Source: a virus
Length of the DNA stretch: 64,000 bases
Virus genome (UHGV): UHGV-1373641
Strand: one strand, 5' to 3'
Part shown: positions 8,177 to 16,966 of the stretch, piece by piece
Position numbering within the stretch: the stretch's first letter is position 1
Layout: the number at the start of each line of letters is the position of its first letter
Made by a program: the position numbers and the translations under genes
Notes under the pieces: generated by a model
What the model was told of the DNA's origin: nothing
Databases searched by the model: none
The model's input: only the letters and a program-made list of their open reading frames with translations

Positions 8177-8537
8177 ATTCCTTACAGAATTGGAAAAGCT
8201 AAGGAAAGCCGCCACGAATGGAGGCGATTGGCATCTTGACGAGTCTCATTGTCATGGAGCCATTAACTGTGGGGACAAACATATCGCAATGGTAAATATG
8301 TATGTTTGCAATGATTATCCTACGCAAAATGTTCTTAGAGAGCAACAGCTTGCCAACGCTAAGTATATCGTTGCGGCGTGTTTGTCGGTCAAACTTCTTT
8401 CCGAAGCACTTATATGCCTAGCGTCCATATCTGTAGAGAAAGATGGCATTAAGGACGAAAATTATAATGCTGACCAACTGGCTAAGGAAATTGATGCCGC
8501 ATTTATTATGGCAGAACAAATTAATAAAGGAGAATGA
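8139..8537 (+). CDS. Hypothetical protein
   Basis: The ORF overlaps the upstream stop. Start is 8139 or 8160. Confidence 0.4.
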   Translation: MKKGWRDMNESLRFLTELEKLRKAATNGGDWHLDESHCHGAINCGDKHIAMVNMYVCNDYPTQNVLREQQLANAKYIVAACLSVKLLSEALICLASISVEKDGIKDENYNADQLAKEIDAAFIMAEQINKGE

Positions 8538-8542
8538 ATAAC

Positions 8543-8935
8543 ATGCCTAAGTTTAAAGAATATCAAAAGGTTTTGGTTAGAGATACTGAGGATGGAATTT
8601 GGGCAGTAGACTTGTTTTCCCATTATATTGATGACGAATTTGTGACTCTCGGCAATCGTTTGTGGGCGTATTGTATTCCCTATCATGGCAATGAAGATCT
8701 TGTAGGAACAGCTAAAAGCGCATGGAAACCTAAGAAGGGGGAACTTGTGGCTGTGAGTCATGAGGGTAGCTCATGGTTCGCTAGGGTCTTTATAAGTGAA
8801 GAAAAAAGCGAAGAAGGTATTATCTACAGAGTAAAAAACTGTGAAGGCCGTATTTTTGAAGAGTTATTTGAAACATGGGAATACCGTGCACCTCTTGAGC
8901 ATCATTTTGATATTGGTAAGAAGGAAGAAATCTAA
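8543..8935 (+). CDS. Paralog 1 of a triplicated small-protein family (shared motif F(K/D)KVLVRD.ED..W...FSHY...YCIP..GNE.LVGT..KKGELVAV...WF.R.F)
   Basis: SD aaaggag. About 35-45% identity to 8935..9318 and 9645..10034 by eye. Confidence 0.55.
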   Translation: MPKFKEYQKVLVRDTEDGIWAVDLFSHYIDDEFVTLGNRLWAYCIPYHGNEDLVGTAKSAWKPKKGELVAVSHEGSSWFARVFISEEKSEEGIIYRVKNCEGRIFEELFETWEYRAPLEHHFDIGKKEEI

Positions 8936-9318
8936 TGCCTGAGTTTAAAATGTTTGATAAAGTTTTAGTTAGGGATTCCGAGGATGATAATTGGGTCGCA
9001 ACTTTTTTCTCTCATTATGATATAGAAGGGCGTGCTATAGCTATCAATGACGCTTCTTGGAAATATTGCATCCCTGCCCTCGGCAATGAGCATCTTGTGG
9101 GGACGAAGAATAATGAATGGGTTCCTAAAAAAGGCGACCTTGTTGCGGTCAGAGATAGATTTCATGGTGGTGGGTGGTTCCTTCGTATTTTTTATGGAAC
9201 GATTACTCGTAACGGCAATAAGGTTTATATTGCAGGAGGTATGGACACATTTGACCATAATCGAGGAGAATGGGACTGTTGCGAGCCCGCAAAAAATCAC
9301 TTTGAATTTAATTCTTAG
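8935..9318 (+). CDS. Paralog 2 of the triplicated family
   Basis: MPEFKMFDKVLVRDSEDDNWVATFFSHY...KYCIPALGNEHLVGT...KKGDLVAV. Confidence 0.55.
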   Translation: MPEFKMFDKVLVRDSEDDNWVATFFSHYDIEGRAIAINDASWKYCIPALGNEHLVGTKNNEWVPKKGDLVAVRDRFHGGGWFLRIFYGTITRNGNKVYIAGGMDTFDHNRGEWDCCEPAKNHFEFNS

Positions 9319-9329
9319 GAGAATAGGTA

Positions 9330-9620
9330 ATGCGCGAAATTAATCTTGTACGCTACGAATGGAACTCTGAAATTGAAGAAGGGCATCTTACTTTTACAGT
9401 AGATGGAGAAACGAAGGTTCTATCGGGAGGATTTTATAGGGAATGTAGCATTGAGTGGCGGGAGGACCAAAACCAAAAGGGAGAAAAATTTGAAGAATGG
9501 AGACTTGACCCTTACGCACGCGATCATCTTATAGAGGGATGTAATTTCAATCTTTCTTACGAAGAGGTTAATTTTCTTGAAGAAAGATTTAATCGTAAAA
9601 TGAACGAACTTTCACTTTAA
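9330..9620 (+). CDS. Hypothetical protein
   Basis: SD aggagaatagg. Confidence 0.45.
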   Translation: MREINLVRYEWNSEIEEGHLTFTVDGETKVLSGGFYRECSIEWREDQNQKGEKFEEWRLDPYARDHLIEGCNFNLSYEEVNFLEERFNRKMNELSL

Positions 9621-9644
9621 TCATTTAAAAAAGGAGATTACATA

Positions 9645-10034
9645 ATGTACGATTTTAAGCCTTTTGATAAAGTCTTGATGCGAGATTCTGAACATGAAAT
9701 TTGGGAGCCAGCGCTTTTTTCGGGAAAGGTAGGGGACGCTTTTAAAGATACCAGCTTGATTGTGTATAGGTATTGCATTCCTTACGAAGGTAACGAACAT
9801 CTTGCAGGGACCTACAATGCGCCGAAGCCTATTTGGGAGCCTAAACCAAATGAACTTGTGGCGGTTAGTGATAATGCTGTGGACTGGATTATGCGGATTT
9901 TTAAAGAAACGATTCATGAAAATGGAACTAATCGTTTTATTACGAAAATTGGGAAGGCAAATAGCTCCACAATTATTTCATGGAGGTATTGTGAACCCGT
10001 AAAAAAGCATTTTGATTTTATCCTGCCCGAATAG
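9645..10034 (+). CDS. Paralog 3 of the triplicated family
   Basis: MYDFKPFDKVLMRDSEHEIWEPALFS...RYCIPYEGNEHLAGT...NELVAV. SD aaaaaggag. Confidence 0.55.
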   Translation: MYDFKPFDKVLMRDSEHEIWEPALFSGKVGDAFKDTSLIVYRYCIPYEGNEHLAGTYNAPKPIWEPKPNELVAVSDNAVDWIMRIFKETIHENGTNRFITKIGKANSSTIISWRYCEPVKKHFDFILPE

Positions 10035-10044
10035 GAAAAATATT

Positions 10045-10374
10045 ATGAGAATCGATCAGGCAACCTGCGATTTGCATTATTGTAGATTTTTTCTTGATTA
10101 TAATTGTTCCGCACCTAAAAATGCTAGAAAGTCATGCGGATATTATTTATATGAGAAACGATCTAGGGACGTGATGAGATTATTAGTCTATAAGTATCTT
10201 ACTGGACTTCCAATTGTTGATATTCCTTGTAGACATACTGTACGCCCCTTGAAAGAATGCTCAAAAGATATGTATGAGCGCGATTGTTCGCAATGCTTCA
10301 TTGATGCTATGATTGACTTTCTTGATAGTCCTGAAAGGGAATTATATCCATTTTTAAGTAAGGAGAATGAATAA
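10045..10374 (+). CDS. Cys-rich hypothetical protein
   Basis: Several Cys pairs: CDLHYC, NC, C.HT and CSQC. Confidence 0.4.
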   Translation: MRIDQATCDLHYCRFFLDYNCSAPKNARKSCGYYLYEKRSRDVMRLLVYKYLTGLPIVDIPCRHTVRPLKECSKDMYERDCSQCFIDAMIDFLDSPERELYPFLSKENE

Positions 10375-10562
10375 TGGGTTTAAGGAATACATTTATATGC
10401 TTTTTACTATCGTTATTAGGTCTTTACTTTCTTTCTTGTTTTATCTGTATGGAATGGATTAATCCATTCGCAGATTATATAAGCAAAGACCAACTTAGTG
10501 GAGCTGTCTATAGACTGGCGTGGCTTCTTTCCGCTGGAGCCTTATCAATAAAATACGATTAA
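10374..10562 (+). CDS. Small membrane protein
   Basis: SD aaggag. TM segment FICFLLSLLGLYFLSCFIC. Confidence 0.4.
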   Translation: MGLRNTFICFLLSLLGLYFLSCFICMEWINPFADYISKDQLSGAVYRLAWLLSAGALSIKYD

Positions 10563-10578
10563 TTATGGAGGTCCATAT

Positions 10579-10950
10579 ATGCCCCCTAGACCAAAAAAAC
10601 CATGTAAGCACTGTAAAAAGCCAACGGATCACCCTTCGGGGTACTGCGAAGATTGTGCCAAGCACAGAATATCGTCGGACAAACGATATGACATGAAGCG
10701 TGGAACTCCGGCGGAAAGAGGGTACGATTCAAGGTGGAAGAAAGTTCGTGAGCGATATCTCAGGAAGCACCCCTTTTGCGAGGAATGCGAGAAAACGACC
10801 CCATTTCCTAATGTGGCTAACGAAGTCCACCACATAGTCCCTATTAACGAGGGTGGAAAAATACTTGACGAAAATAACCTTATGGCGTTATGTAAATCCT
10901 GTCATTCAAAAATAACCTCCGATTATCGGAAAGGGAAGGGAGTAGCATGA
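10579..10950 (+). CDS. HNH endonuclease (phage packaging-associated type)
   Basis: CKHCKK...GYCEDC... then EVHHIVPINEGG...LMALCKSCHSKIT (His-Asn-His core plus a Zn-binding Cys quartet). Confidence 0.8.
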   Translation: MPPRPKKPCKHCKKPTDHPSGYCEDCAKHRISSDKRYDMKRGTPAERGYDSRWKKVRERYLRKHPFCEECEKTTPFPNVANEVHHIVPINEGGKILDENNLMALCKSCHSKITSDYRKGKGVA

Positions 10951-11189
10951 AACTTTTTAATTTTAAATATGGCCCAGAACTTGAAAGAACCATATCTATT
11001 GATTTGGATCGTATCATTTTTATAAGTGATGCCCTTGGTGACGATTGTGTATTGGTTATATCAGTGGAAACAAAAGTCAAGAATCTAACAGATCGTTTTG
11101 AATTTCCATCGAAGGAGTATCGTGATAGTGTCCATTTTAATATTCTCCGTGCCTCTTATTCTTCTGTTATTCTACCTACTGGGGAATGA
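10947..11189 (+). CDS. Hypothetical protein
   Basis: SD ggaagggag. Overlapping stop and start. Confidence 0.4.
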   Translation: MKLFNFKYGPELERTISIDLDRIIFISDALGDDCVLVISVETKVKNLTDRFEFPSKEYRDSVHFNILRASYSSVILPTGE

Positions 11190-11307
11190 AGGCGGCAATA
11201 CAGGAGTCCACATAGTCTCGCATCCAAAAGGGTGGATCTGCCCTGAAAGGCCAGATCCACCAAAAGGTCAGCGTTCCTTATACCATAAATAAAAAAGGAA
11301 ATTAAAA

Positions 11308-11604
11308 ATGTATTATAATCTTGATGGAAATAAATATAGGGATGAAAAGCCTTTACGCCACGCACCTCCACCACCGCTTCCTCCCATGTCAAAAAAGAAT
11401 TATATAATTTTTGAAAATACCTTATCATCCGATATTGAATTTTTTGAAATAGACAGTATTGTCGGAGTTAAGAAGAAAAATAATATTATAACTATATTTT
11501 TAAGGGGAGGATTAACACACGATATCATTTTCGATACGATCAAAGGAGATGATGATATAAATGAAGCGCTCAATATTCTTCGAGAAGAAATTACAGGTTC
11601 TTAA
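11308..11604 (+). CDS. Hypothetical protein (proline-rich PPPPLPP segment)
   Basis: SD aaaaagga. Confidence 0.4.
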   Translation: MYYNLDGNKYRDEKPLRHAPPPPLPPMSKKNYIIFENTLSSDIEFFEIDSIVGVKKKNNIITIFLRGGLTHDIIFDTIKGDDDINEALNILREEITGS

Positions 11605-11803
11605 ATACTATGACCTGACAATAAGTTCCATAATCTTTGCGATTGGATTATTTTTATTTTCAGATGTACTAAGATCAAAAGATTTTAGTACAACCTTTTT
11701 CTTCTTTTTACTGCCTATCATTAGCGTTTGTTTTATAATTGATAGGTGCATCCATACATTATTTCTAAAGTCGATTAATAAGGGAAAAGGATTTCCTTTT
11801 TAG
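11561..11803 (+). CDS. Small membrane protein
   Basis: Hydrophobic IIFAIGLFLFS and FFFFLLPIISVCFII. Confidence 0.35.
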   Translation: MKRSIFFEKKLQVLKYYDLTISSIIFAIGLFLFSDVLRSKDFSTTFFFFLLPIISVCFIIDRCIHTLFLKSINKGKGFPF

Positions 11804-11815
11804 GGTTCCCTAGAA

Positions 11816-11883
11816 TACAATAATACCCGATTAATCGCGGAATCAATGGAAAGAGATTCGTAGATTAATCGGGTATTATTGTA
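11816..11883. repeat. 21-bp perfect inverted repeat (26-nt spacer) between the convergent rightward arm and TerL
   Basis: tacaataatacccgattaatc ... gattaatcgggtattattgta. Confidence 0.8.
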
Positions 11884-11897
11884 TGTGCTAACGCACG

Positions 11898-14033
11898 TTA
11901 AAGGAACATAATAAACGGATCTGACGCCTCTTCTTCTTTATCTTCCATAGCCCTAGCGATAGCCATAATCATAGCAACCATCGGGTCGATTTTATTTTCA
12001 TTCGCCGTTTTGGTCATATAGACAAGTTTATTTGTCGTAGATTTCAGGACAACATTACCAGCGGCGAAGTTGAGGATGGGGTCATTCTGGTGGAAAAGTT
12101 CCCCATTAAGGTACGCAGCTTCAAACTCTTTCATCGGCTCAGAGAAAGTGGCAGAGGATTGGGTAAACTCAATACATTCAAAAGCTGCCCATTCCCGGAT
12201 ATTCTGCATAAGATATTCGGCTTCCCTAGGGTCATATGCTACTTCCTGAATAGCATATTTATCAGCCCAATTTTGCAGGTCTTCTTCCAGAGCGTGATAG
12301 TCCGTTCGAGCTCCTTGCGTTACGGTCAGCCAGCCTTCATCTCGCCAGCCCCGATAATGGTCATTCTCCGGCCTATCTACAGTATCAGAAGGAAGATAGT
12401 ATTTTCCGAAAACATAGAATTTACCATCGCGCTTAAAGACGGCAACCATTGCAGTTAAGTCGACTTTAGAGGCTAAGTCAATGCCAATCCAGCATTTCTC
12501 GCCTTCAAAATCTTCCATCTTTAGATTTCTGTCAGTACAATTAAGCCATTTAGGAAAGTCAATCCATCCCACTGATTCGTTGTTCCAAACATTCAACATC
12601 TTGGTAAGAATAGAGGAGCGCTTGTACTGTGATGATTTGGCTATTTCGTATTGCTCGCGCAAGAACTCTTCGGATACGGAAACTCCGAAGTTCGGACTGG
12701 CTTTAATCCAGCACGAAAAATCTTCCCATTTATCCGTGTCATCAATGGTAAACTCCATGTAAAATAATCGGTCGTTCTTTGCTTTCCCCAACACGACCTT
12801 TCTGCCTTGCTCTACATAACGATAGCAAGGCCCTTTGATGTTCGTCCCTGCGGTAGTAGTAACAAGCAAGAGAGGATGCTGTCTAGCGCCCATACCGAGC
12901 TTCAACGAGTCATACAGCGCGTCCGAAGGATGTTCATGATACTCGTCAACGATAGCGCACTGAGGGTTACTACCATCCTTTGGGCTTCCGATAATAGGTT
13001 TGAACGTAGAAAGTGTCGATTGTGCATGAATAGACTCTTTAGTATAAGTCAGGCCGAATGCCTCTTCAAATGCTTTATTGGCAACAATCATGTCCCGAGC
13101 AATGTTGAACAGCACAAATGCCTGAACTTCCGTGGTTGCGCCACAGTATACTTCCGAACCTTTTTCTTTTTCACCAACCAACATATAGTGTCCAATAGCC
13201 GCCGCAAGGCTGCTATTGTGAGTCGGAATATACGTTTCCCCGCAAAGATACATTCCATCCTCATTATCAACCTGTATACACTTCACTGGAACGCTTTCCA
13301 CAGGCTTACAATCTGTAATGAATCTTACCACAGGCACCGTCTCGCCATCATGCCGTTTTACATTCGGGGCCACCCACACTTTAGGCTTTCTGCCATTGTG
13401 AGACAGAATTTGATGCAGACTTTCGGAGGTTACGATATTCTTACCGTCGATTTTCCAAAGATGCTCCGCGTCGGCAGTAATAACGGAACCATCACTGAAA
13501 GAAATTTCATAGCACGGCCTTCCGTACATCACTTCCGTTACGGCTACTACTCTCCGTATATCCGAATTTGGCCCATAAACGGCATCTCCGGGCTTTAAAT
13601 CATTCATCGTGACCCAACCCTCGGGAGTAGGGATTGGAGTGCTTACAGCTAAAGCCTTGCCAGCTTTTCGGGGGACGATAAGGGCGGCCTCCCTGTACCT
13701 GCGGAGATTGTTTTTCTTATCCAGCCACCCAAAGATGTTTCCAACGAAGAATTTCTGCCAAGGCTCAAGCTTTAATCTTTTTCCAGTAAGAACGCCCTTG
13801 ACATGCACCATATTTTCAATAAAACAAATTACTCGGATAGACGATTCTTCCGAAAAATAAAAATCGAGGTCTTTATTGGCAAGATCATCTTTAAAGTTTT
13901 TGCACAATGCTCTAATGTATTTACAGACCTGAATATTTCCGTTAAGAACATTGTCGGCGTACCAATGGATGTCGGTGATATGCTTTTTGTTTTGATTGAA
14001 TTGTTTAGTCGTTATGGGTTTTACATTAGCCAT
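11898..14033 (-). CDS. terL: Terminase large subunit (Terminase_1-like ATPase plus nuclease) interrupted by a mini-intein
   Basis: Walker A is VPRKAGK|...|SSLAAAIG. The C-terminal nuclease region is typical of large terminases. The MANVK start at 14033 follows SD ggagagga. Extein about 564 aa. Confidence 0.85.
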   Translation of the reverse strand: MANVKPITTKQFNQNKKHITDIHWYADNVLNGNIQVCKYIRALCKNFKDDLANKDLDFYFSEESSIRVICFIENMVHVKGVLTGKRLKLEPWQKFFVGNIFGWLDKKNNLRRYREAALIVPRKAGKALAVSTPIPTPEGWVTMNDLKPGDAVYGPNSDIRRVVAVTEVMYGRPCYEISFSDGSVITADAEHLWKIDGKNIVTSESLHQILSHNGRKPKVWVAPNVKRHDGETVPVVRFITDCKPVESVPVKCIQVDNEDGMYLCGETYIPTHNSSLAAAIGHYMLVGEKEKGSEVYCGATTEVQAFVLFNIARDMIVANKAFEEAFGLTYTKESIHAQSTLSTFKPIIGSPKDGSNPQCAIVDEYHEHPSDALYDSLKLGMGARQHPLLLVTTTAGTNIKGPCYRYVEQGRKVVLGKAKNDRLFYMEFTIDDTDKWEDFSCWIKASPNFGVSVSEEFLREQYEIAKSSQYKRSSILTKMLNVWNNESVGWIDFPKWLNCTDRNLKMEDFEGEKCWIGIDLASKVDLTAMVAVFKRDGKFYVFGKYYLPSDTVDRPENDHYRGWRDEGWLTVTQGARTDYHALEEDLQNWADKYAIQEVAYDPREAEYLMQNIREWAAFECIEFTQSSATFSEPMKEFEAAYLNGELFHQNDPILNFAAGNVVLKSTTNKLVYMTKTANENKIDPMVAMIMAIARAMEDKEEEASDPFIMFL
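13215..13655 (-). mobile_element. 147-aa mini-intein (Hint domain, no endonuclease) in the TerL P-loop
   Basis: It starts with Ala (ALAVSTPIPT...), ends ...YIPTHN, and the +1 residue is Ser. Block B has a Trp (EHLW) and there is an internal Cys (VKCIQV), so Ala1, W, C and T-H-N match the class-3 'WCT' pattern. Confidence 0.7.
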
Positions 14034-14083
14034 TGAAACTCCTCTCCTTATCTGATAAAATGATATTTTCAATATATCTTTGA

Positions 14084-14112
14084 AGTATATCTTCATTCTA
14101 TATTTTTGTCAA
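14084..14112 (-). promoter_or_regulatory. Near-consensus sigma70 promoter TTGACA-N17-TATACT driving terL
   Basis: On the minus strand it reads cttgacaaaaatatagaatgaagatatact. Confidence 0.55.
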
Positions 14113-14145
14113 GAAAAGAAAAAGGCGTCCGGATAGACGCCTTTA
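14113..14145 (-). terminator. Intrinsic terminator on the minus strand, upstream of the terL promoter
   Basis: The minus strand reads aaggcgtctatccggacgcctttttcttttctt. Confidence 0.6.
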
Positions 14146-14181
14146 AGGGAGGGATGGGAAGGAGGTAGGGAGAATTTCTGA

Positions 14182-14391
14182 TTAAGCAGTAAAGCCCCAA
14201 CGACAACCGAAGCTAGGTTCCGTTTTGCATTTAGAGGGCTTCCGATACGGGCAAATACCGTGTTTCGGAGGTTCGTGTACTCCGTCTTTGACAATCGGAA
14301 TCCATGCCTTGCATAATGCACAAGGTATCCATCCGAAAGTCTTAGATTCCGATTGTCCTGTATCTATCCTGCGATCAGATTCGATGTTCAT
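14182..14391 (-). CDS. Small Cys-rich hypothetical protein
   Basis: CALCKAW...CPYRKPSKCK...GC. GC content is elevated relative to the genome. Confidence 0.35.
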   Translation of the reverse strand: MNIESDRRIDTGQSESKTFGWIPCALCKAWIPIVKDGVHEPPKHGICPYRKPSKCKTEPSFGCRWGFTA

Positions 14392-14393
14392 GA

Positions 14394-14918
14394 TTATTTC
14401 GCCTTAGAACCGTATTCTTCGGGATACGGCTTATGGAAATGGTGCTTTTTATGGTATTCCTTGTCAGAGCAGGTCATTTCTTCCAGAGCGTAGCAGATTG
14501 CAGCGGCGGCATGTTTAAGCTCGTGTACGAATTGAGCATGGGTCATCGTGGGAGGCGTGGCGCGCATTCCTTCATAGGCGTGCATCATCTCTCCGACTTC
14601 CATCTCAATGATATTCATGTGCCCGCCCGGTTTATCCATGTAGGGATACCACGTATGGGGCGGATTTTCAATAATGTCTTCAATCTCATGATACACTTCG
14701 GAATATTCCGACATTTCATGAATGGCGCACTTATACATGAGATAATGGCACAATTCTTTATGTGCTTTAAGCAGTTCACGAGTGCTTTCGACATGGGGCA
14801 TTGACCGGACTCCGGCTTCACAATGCTCGCCAATTTCATGTTCAAGTTCTTCCAAGAATGCAAGTTCTTCTTTATATTCTTCTTTTGCAATCTTTTCGGC
14901 GGATTTGCTATCGTGCAT
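14394..14918 (-). CDS. His/Glu-rich hypothetical protein
   Basis: Many His residues (HEMSEYSEVYHEIED, HAYEGM, HHFHKPYPEEYG). No HEXXH motif. Confidence 0.4.
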   Translation of the reverse strand: MHDSKSAEKIAKEEYKEELAFLEELEHEIGEHCEAGVRSMPHVESTRELLKAHKELCHYLMYKCAIHEMSEYSEVYHEIEDIIENPPHTWYPYMDKPGGHMNIIEMEVGEMMHAYEGMRATPPTMTHAQFVHELKHAAAAICYALEEMTCSDKEYHKKHHFHKPYPEEYGSKAK

Positions 14919-14938
14919 GATTCATTTCCTTGTGGTGG

Positions 14939-15328
14939 TTATATAATGGGCGTGGTTTCCGCTGTCAAAGCATCCACACGCTGTTGAAGAAGATCAATTT
15001 GATTCAAATTTTCGTTGTTTCGTTCGGTAGCCAAAGTTTCTCCGGCTAGAATGCCTCCGGCGGCATTACCAAGCACAGCTTCCTCTGCAACCGTATCTAT
15101 GATAGCATCCTCAGCTACGTCTTGGGCGATATTTTCAGCGATGCCTTTCGGGGAAATTTGCTTTTTAACGAAATCAGCGACTTTATCCGCATCAATATGC
15201 TTAGACGCATAGTCTATGGCTTCACCGGATTTATCTTTGATAAATTTACCAGCCTTATTCGAAGCCTTTTTCCCTTCTTCATCAAAGATAAGCCATCCTA
15301 ACAGGATACCTAGTCCTAATCTAAACAT
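14939..15328 (-). CDS. Hypothetical protein with an N-terminal TM or signal anchor
   Basis: MFRLGLGILLGWLIF, then a soluble Ala/Asp-rich region. Confidence 0.4.
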   Translation of the reverse strand: MFRLGLGILLGWLIFDEEGKKASNKAGKFIKDKSGEAIDYASKHIDADKVADFVKKQISPKGIAENIAQDVAEDAIIDTVAEEAVLGNAAGGILAGETLATERNNENLNQIDLLQQRVDALTAETTPII

Positions 15329-15435
15329 GGTATTTCCTTAATAAAAACGCAGCGCGAGAAGATAAAAATCGTCCCACGCTGCGCGGTAGGGGTTACGTAG
15401 TCATAGGCTACGTATGCTCCCAAATCCCGGATACT

Positions 15436-15873
15436 TTATTTCTTAGCGGGGGCTTCCGACTTGTCAAGTTCCGGGGAAGCGAGGGAAGCAGAGGCGGTTG
15501 CGGGAAGCAAAGATGTCCCGCAGTTTACGATGGGTACTCCGTTCGGGCCGGGGCAAGACACATCAATAGCCATGATGTTACCCGCAGGATTGCTCGTTTG
15601 AGTCATACGAATGCGGCAGCCGCATCGAACGAAACGAGAAAGTTGTCCAAGGGTAAGATAGTTCCCAGAGGTGTTGAGTACGTTCGTAAACGTAACGCCT
15701 CCAGCAACAATCTGAACTTTTTCATCAGCACAAGGACTGATGCACAAGTTCCTTCCAACTACGATATCAAATCTTCCTACCGGAATACTGGTAGCGAGAG
15801 TAAGAGTCGCAGTCGTGGCGGTTGTAGTGATACTTGCTACACGGATGCACGGAATGCAGCAGCGATTGCACAT
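15436..15873 (-). CDS. Cys/Thr-rich hypothetical protein in the GC-rich island
   Basis: SD ggaga. MCNRCCIPCIR plus a TTTATTATLTLA run. Local GC is about 55%, against about 40% for the genome. Confidence 0.4.
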   Translation of the reverse strand: MCNRCCIPCIRVASITTTATTATLTLATSIPVGRFDIVVGRNLCISPCADEKVQIVAGGVTFTNVLNTSGNYLTLGQLSRFVRCGCRIRMTQTSNPAGNIMAIDVSCPGPNGVPIVNCGTSLLPATASASLASPELDKSEAPAKK

Positions 15874-15948
15874 AGTAGTTCTCCGTACATTGTGGTTAAT
15901 GAGAGGGGTTATTAAGCCCCTCTCATATCAGGGTGAAATCAGCCCGTG

Positions 15949-16518
15949 TTAGGCGGTGACGCCACCGCAACCACAAGGATTCACGCACGGGGAGCAACCC
16001 ACGGGGAAGAAGGGCGGACGCTTGACAGTCTGGCAGAAACCAGCTTCAATGGAGCGTTCCAGGGCGTTGAAACGACCGTCATTGTACATCTGCGCCTTGA
16101 GCCCCTGAATTTCGTTGTTCTGAGCCATCAGGGTCATGTCGCGGGTACGAATCTGGTCTTCGAGCATCTGAGTACGCAGAGCCGAGAAACCAGCGTCCTG
16201 ATTAGAGATAATCGTGCGGAAGGCAGTTTCAAGCTGCTGCGTCAGCACAGCGTTCTGCGCAGTCATGTTGCACTTGAGTTCCAGAACATCGCGGTCGGTC
16301 TGGCAGTTATCCGTCATGGTCTTGTGACCAAGCACGGAGCGCAGCGCGACCAGATCAGCAAGCTCGGTACCAGCAACAGCGGCGGCACCACCGCAATTAC
16401 CACGACCGAACAGGCCGTTACCACCGCAGCCGAAGCCACCGCCGAAGATCCCGAAGAACAGGAGCAGCACGATAAAGATCCAGCCGAAGTTCATGGAAGA
16501 TTCGCGTTCAGATTCCAT
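15949..16518 (-). CDS. Membrane-anchored coiled-coil protein with a Gly-rich segment and a Cys-rich C-terminus, in the GC-rich island
   Basis: SD ggagaatgactt. N-terminal TM WIFIVLLLFFGIFGGGFG, a central heptad-like region, and C-terminal CSPCVNPCGCGG. An ORF on the opposite strand is also open. Confidence 0.4.
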   Translation of the reverse strand: MESERESSMNFGWIFIVLLLFFGIFGGGFGCGGNGLFGRGNCGGAAAVAGTELADLVALRSVLGHKTMTDNCQTDRDVLELKCNMTAQNAVLTQQLETAFRTIISNQDAGFSALRTQMLEDQIRTRDMTLMAQNNEIQGLKAQMYNDGRFNALERSIEAGFCQTVKRPPFFPVGCSPCVNPCGCGGVTA

Positions 16519-16597
16519 AAGTCATTCTCCATAAAAAAGTTTTTGGGTATATGTGAAGAGAAGAAACTGCGAATTTCTTCTCGAATCACCGAAGGTA

Positions 16598-16966
16598 TTA
16601 TTTTATTCCAAGTTTTTGAAGGCGTTTAGCCAATTCGTCGTTTCCGGGATTAGGAACGTTTGAAGCAGGGGCTGGACCTCTTTGACGAAGCGCGGCCTCA
16701 AGCTGGTTCCCCATCTCGGTAATTTTGTCGATGCTTCCGGGAGCTATGGTATTCAGCCCCATTTTAATAGCAGGATTGTCCAAATGTTTCTTCATCCCCG
16801 CAAGGATTTGAGCATCAATACCAAACTTCTGGGCGACTTGAAGCGCACCCTCAAGAGTTGGTTGGTAATTACGAGATTCGGAGATAGCCTTTTGCGCGGC
16901 GTCAATTACCTTTGAGTTTCCTCCGGACAAGGTATTTACAATGCTCATTATCTTTTGTACGTTCAT
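16598..16966 (-). CDS. Hypothetical protein
   Basis: ORF in the late operon. Confidence 0.45.
   Translation of the reverse strand: MNVQKIMSIVNTLSGGNSKVIDAAQKAISESRNYQPTLEGALQVAQKFGIDAQILAGMKKHLDNPAIKMGLNTIAPGSIDKITEMGNQLEAALRQRGPAPASNVPNPGNDELAKRLQKLGIK

Noticed and set aside
12807-13598. 263-aa ORF on the + strand inside terL, and similar long antisense ORFs (30182..30799, 33619..34726, 37161..38201, 47045..47665, 56445..57533)
   Set aside because: They lie wholly inside well-supported genes on the opposite strand, lack RBSs and have low-complexity translations. They are shadow ORFs.
14182-15328. Small terminase subunit immediately upstream of terL
   Set aside because: None of the three upstream ORFs shows a recognisable TerS HTH or oligomerisation signature. 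They are left as hypotheticals.
15329-15435. Possible tRNA or small RNA in a GC-rich intergenic spacer
   Set aside because: Only short hairpins were seen (tacgtag...ctacgta, cgcagcg...cgctgcg). No cloverleaf with conserved T-loop or D-loop features could be built by eye.
15946-16629. 227-aa ORF on the + strand in the GC-rich island
   Set aside because: It has a GTG start without an SD. High GC keeps both strands open. The minus-strand gene has an SD, a TM helix and operon continuity, so it was preferred, with low confidence.
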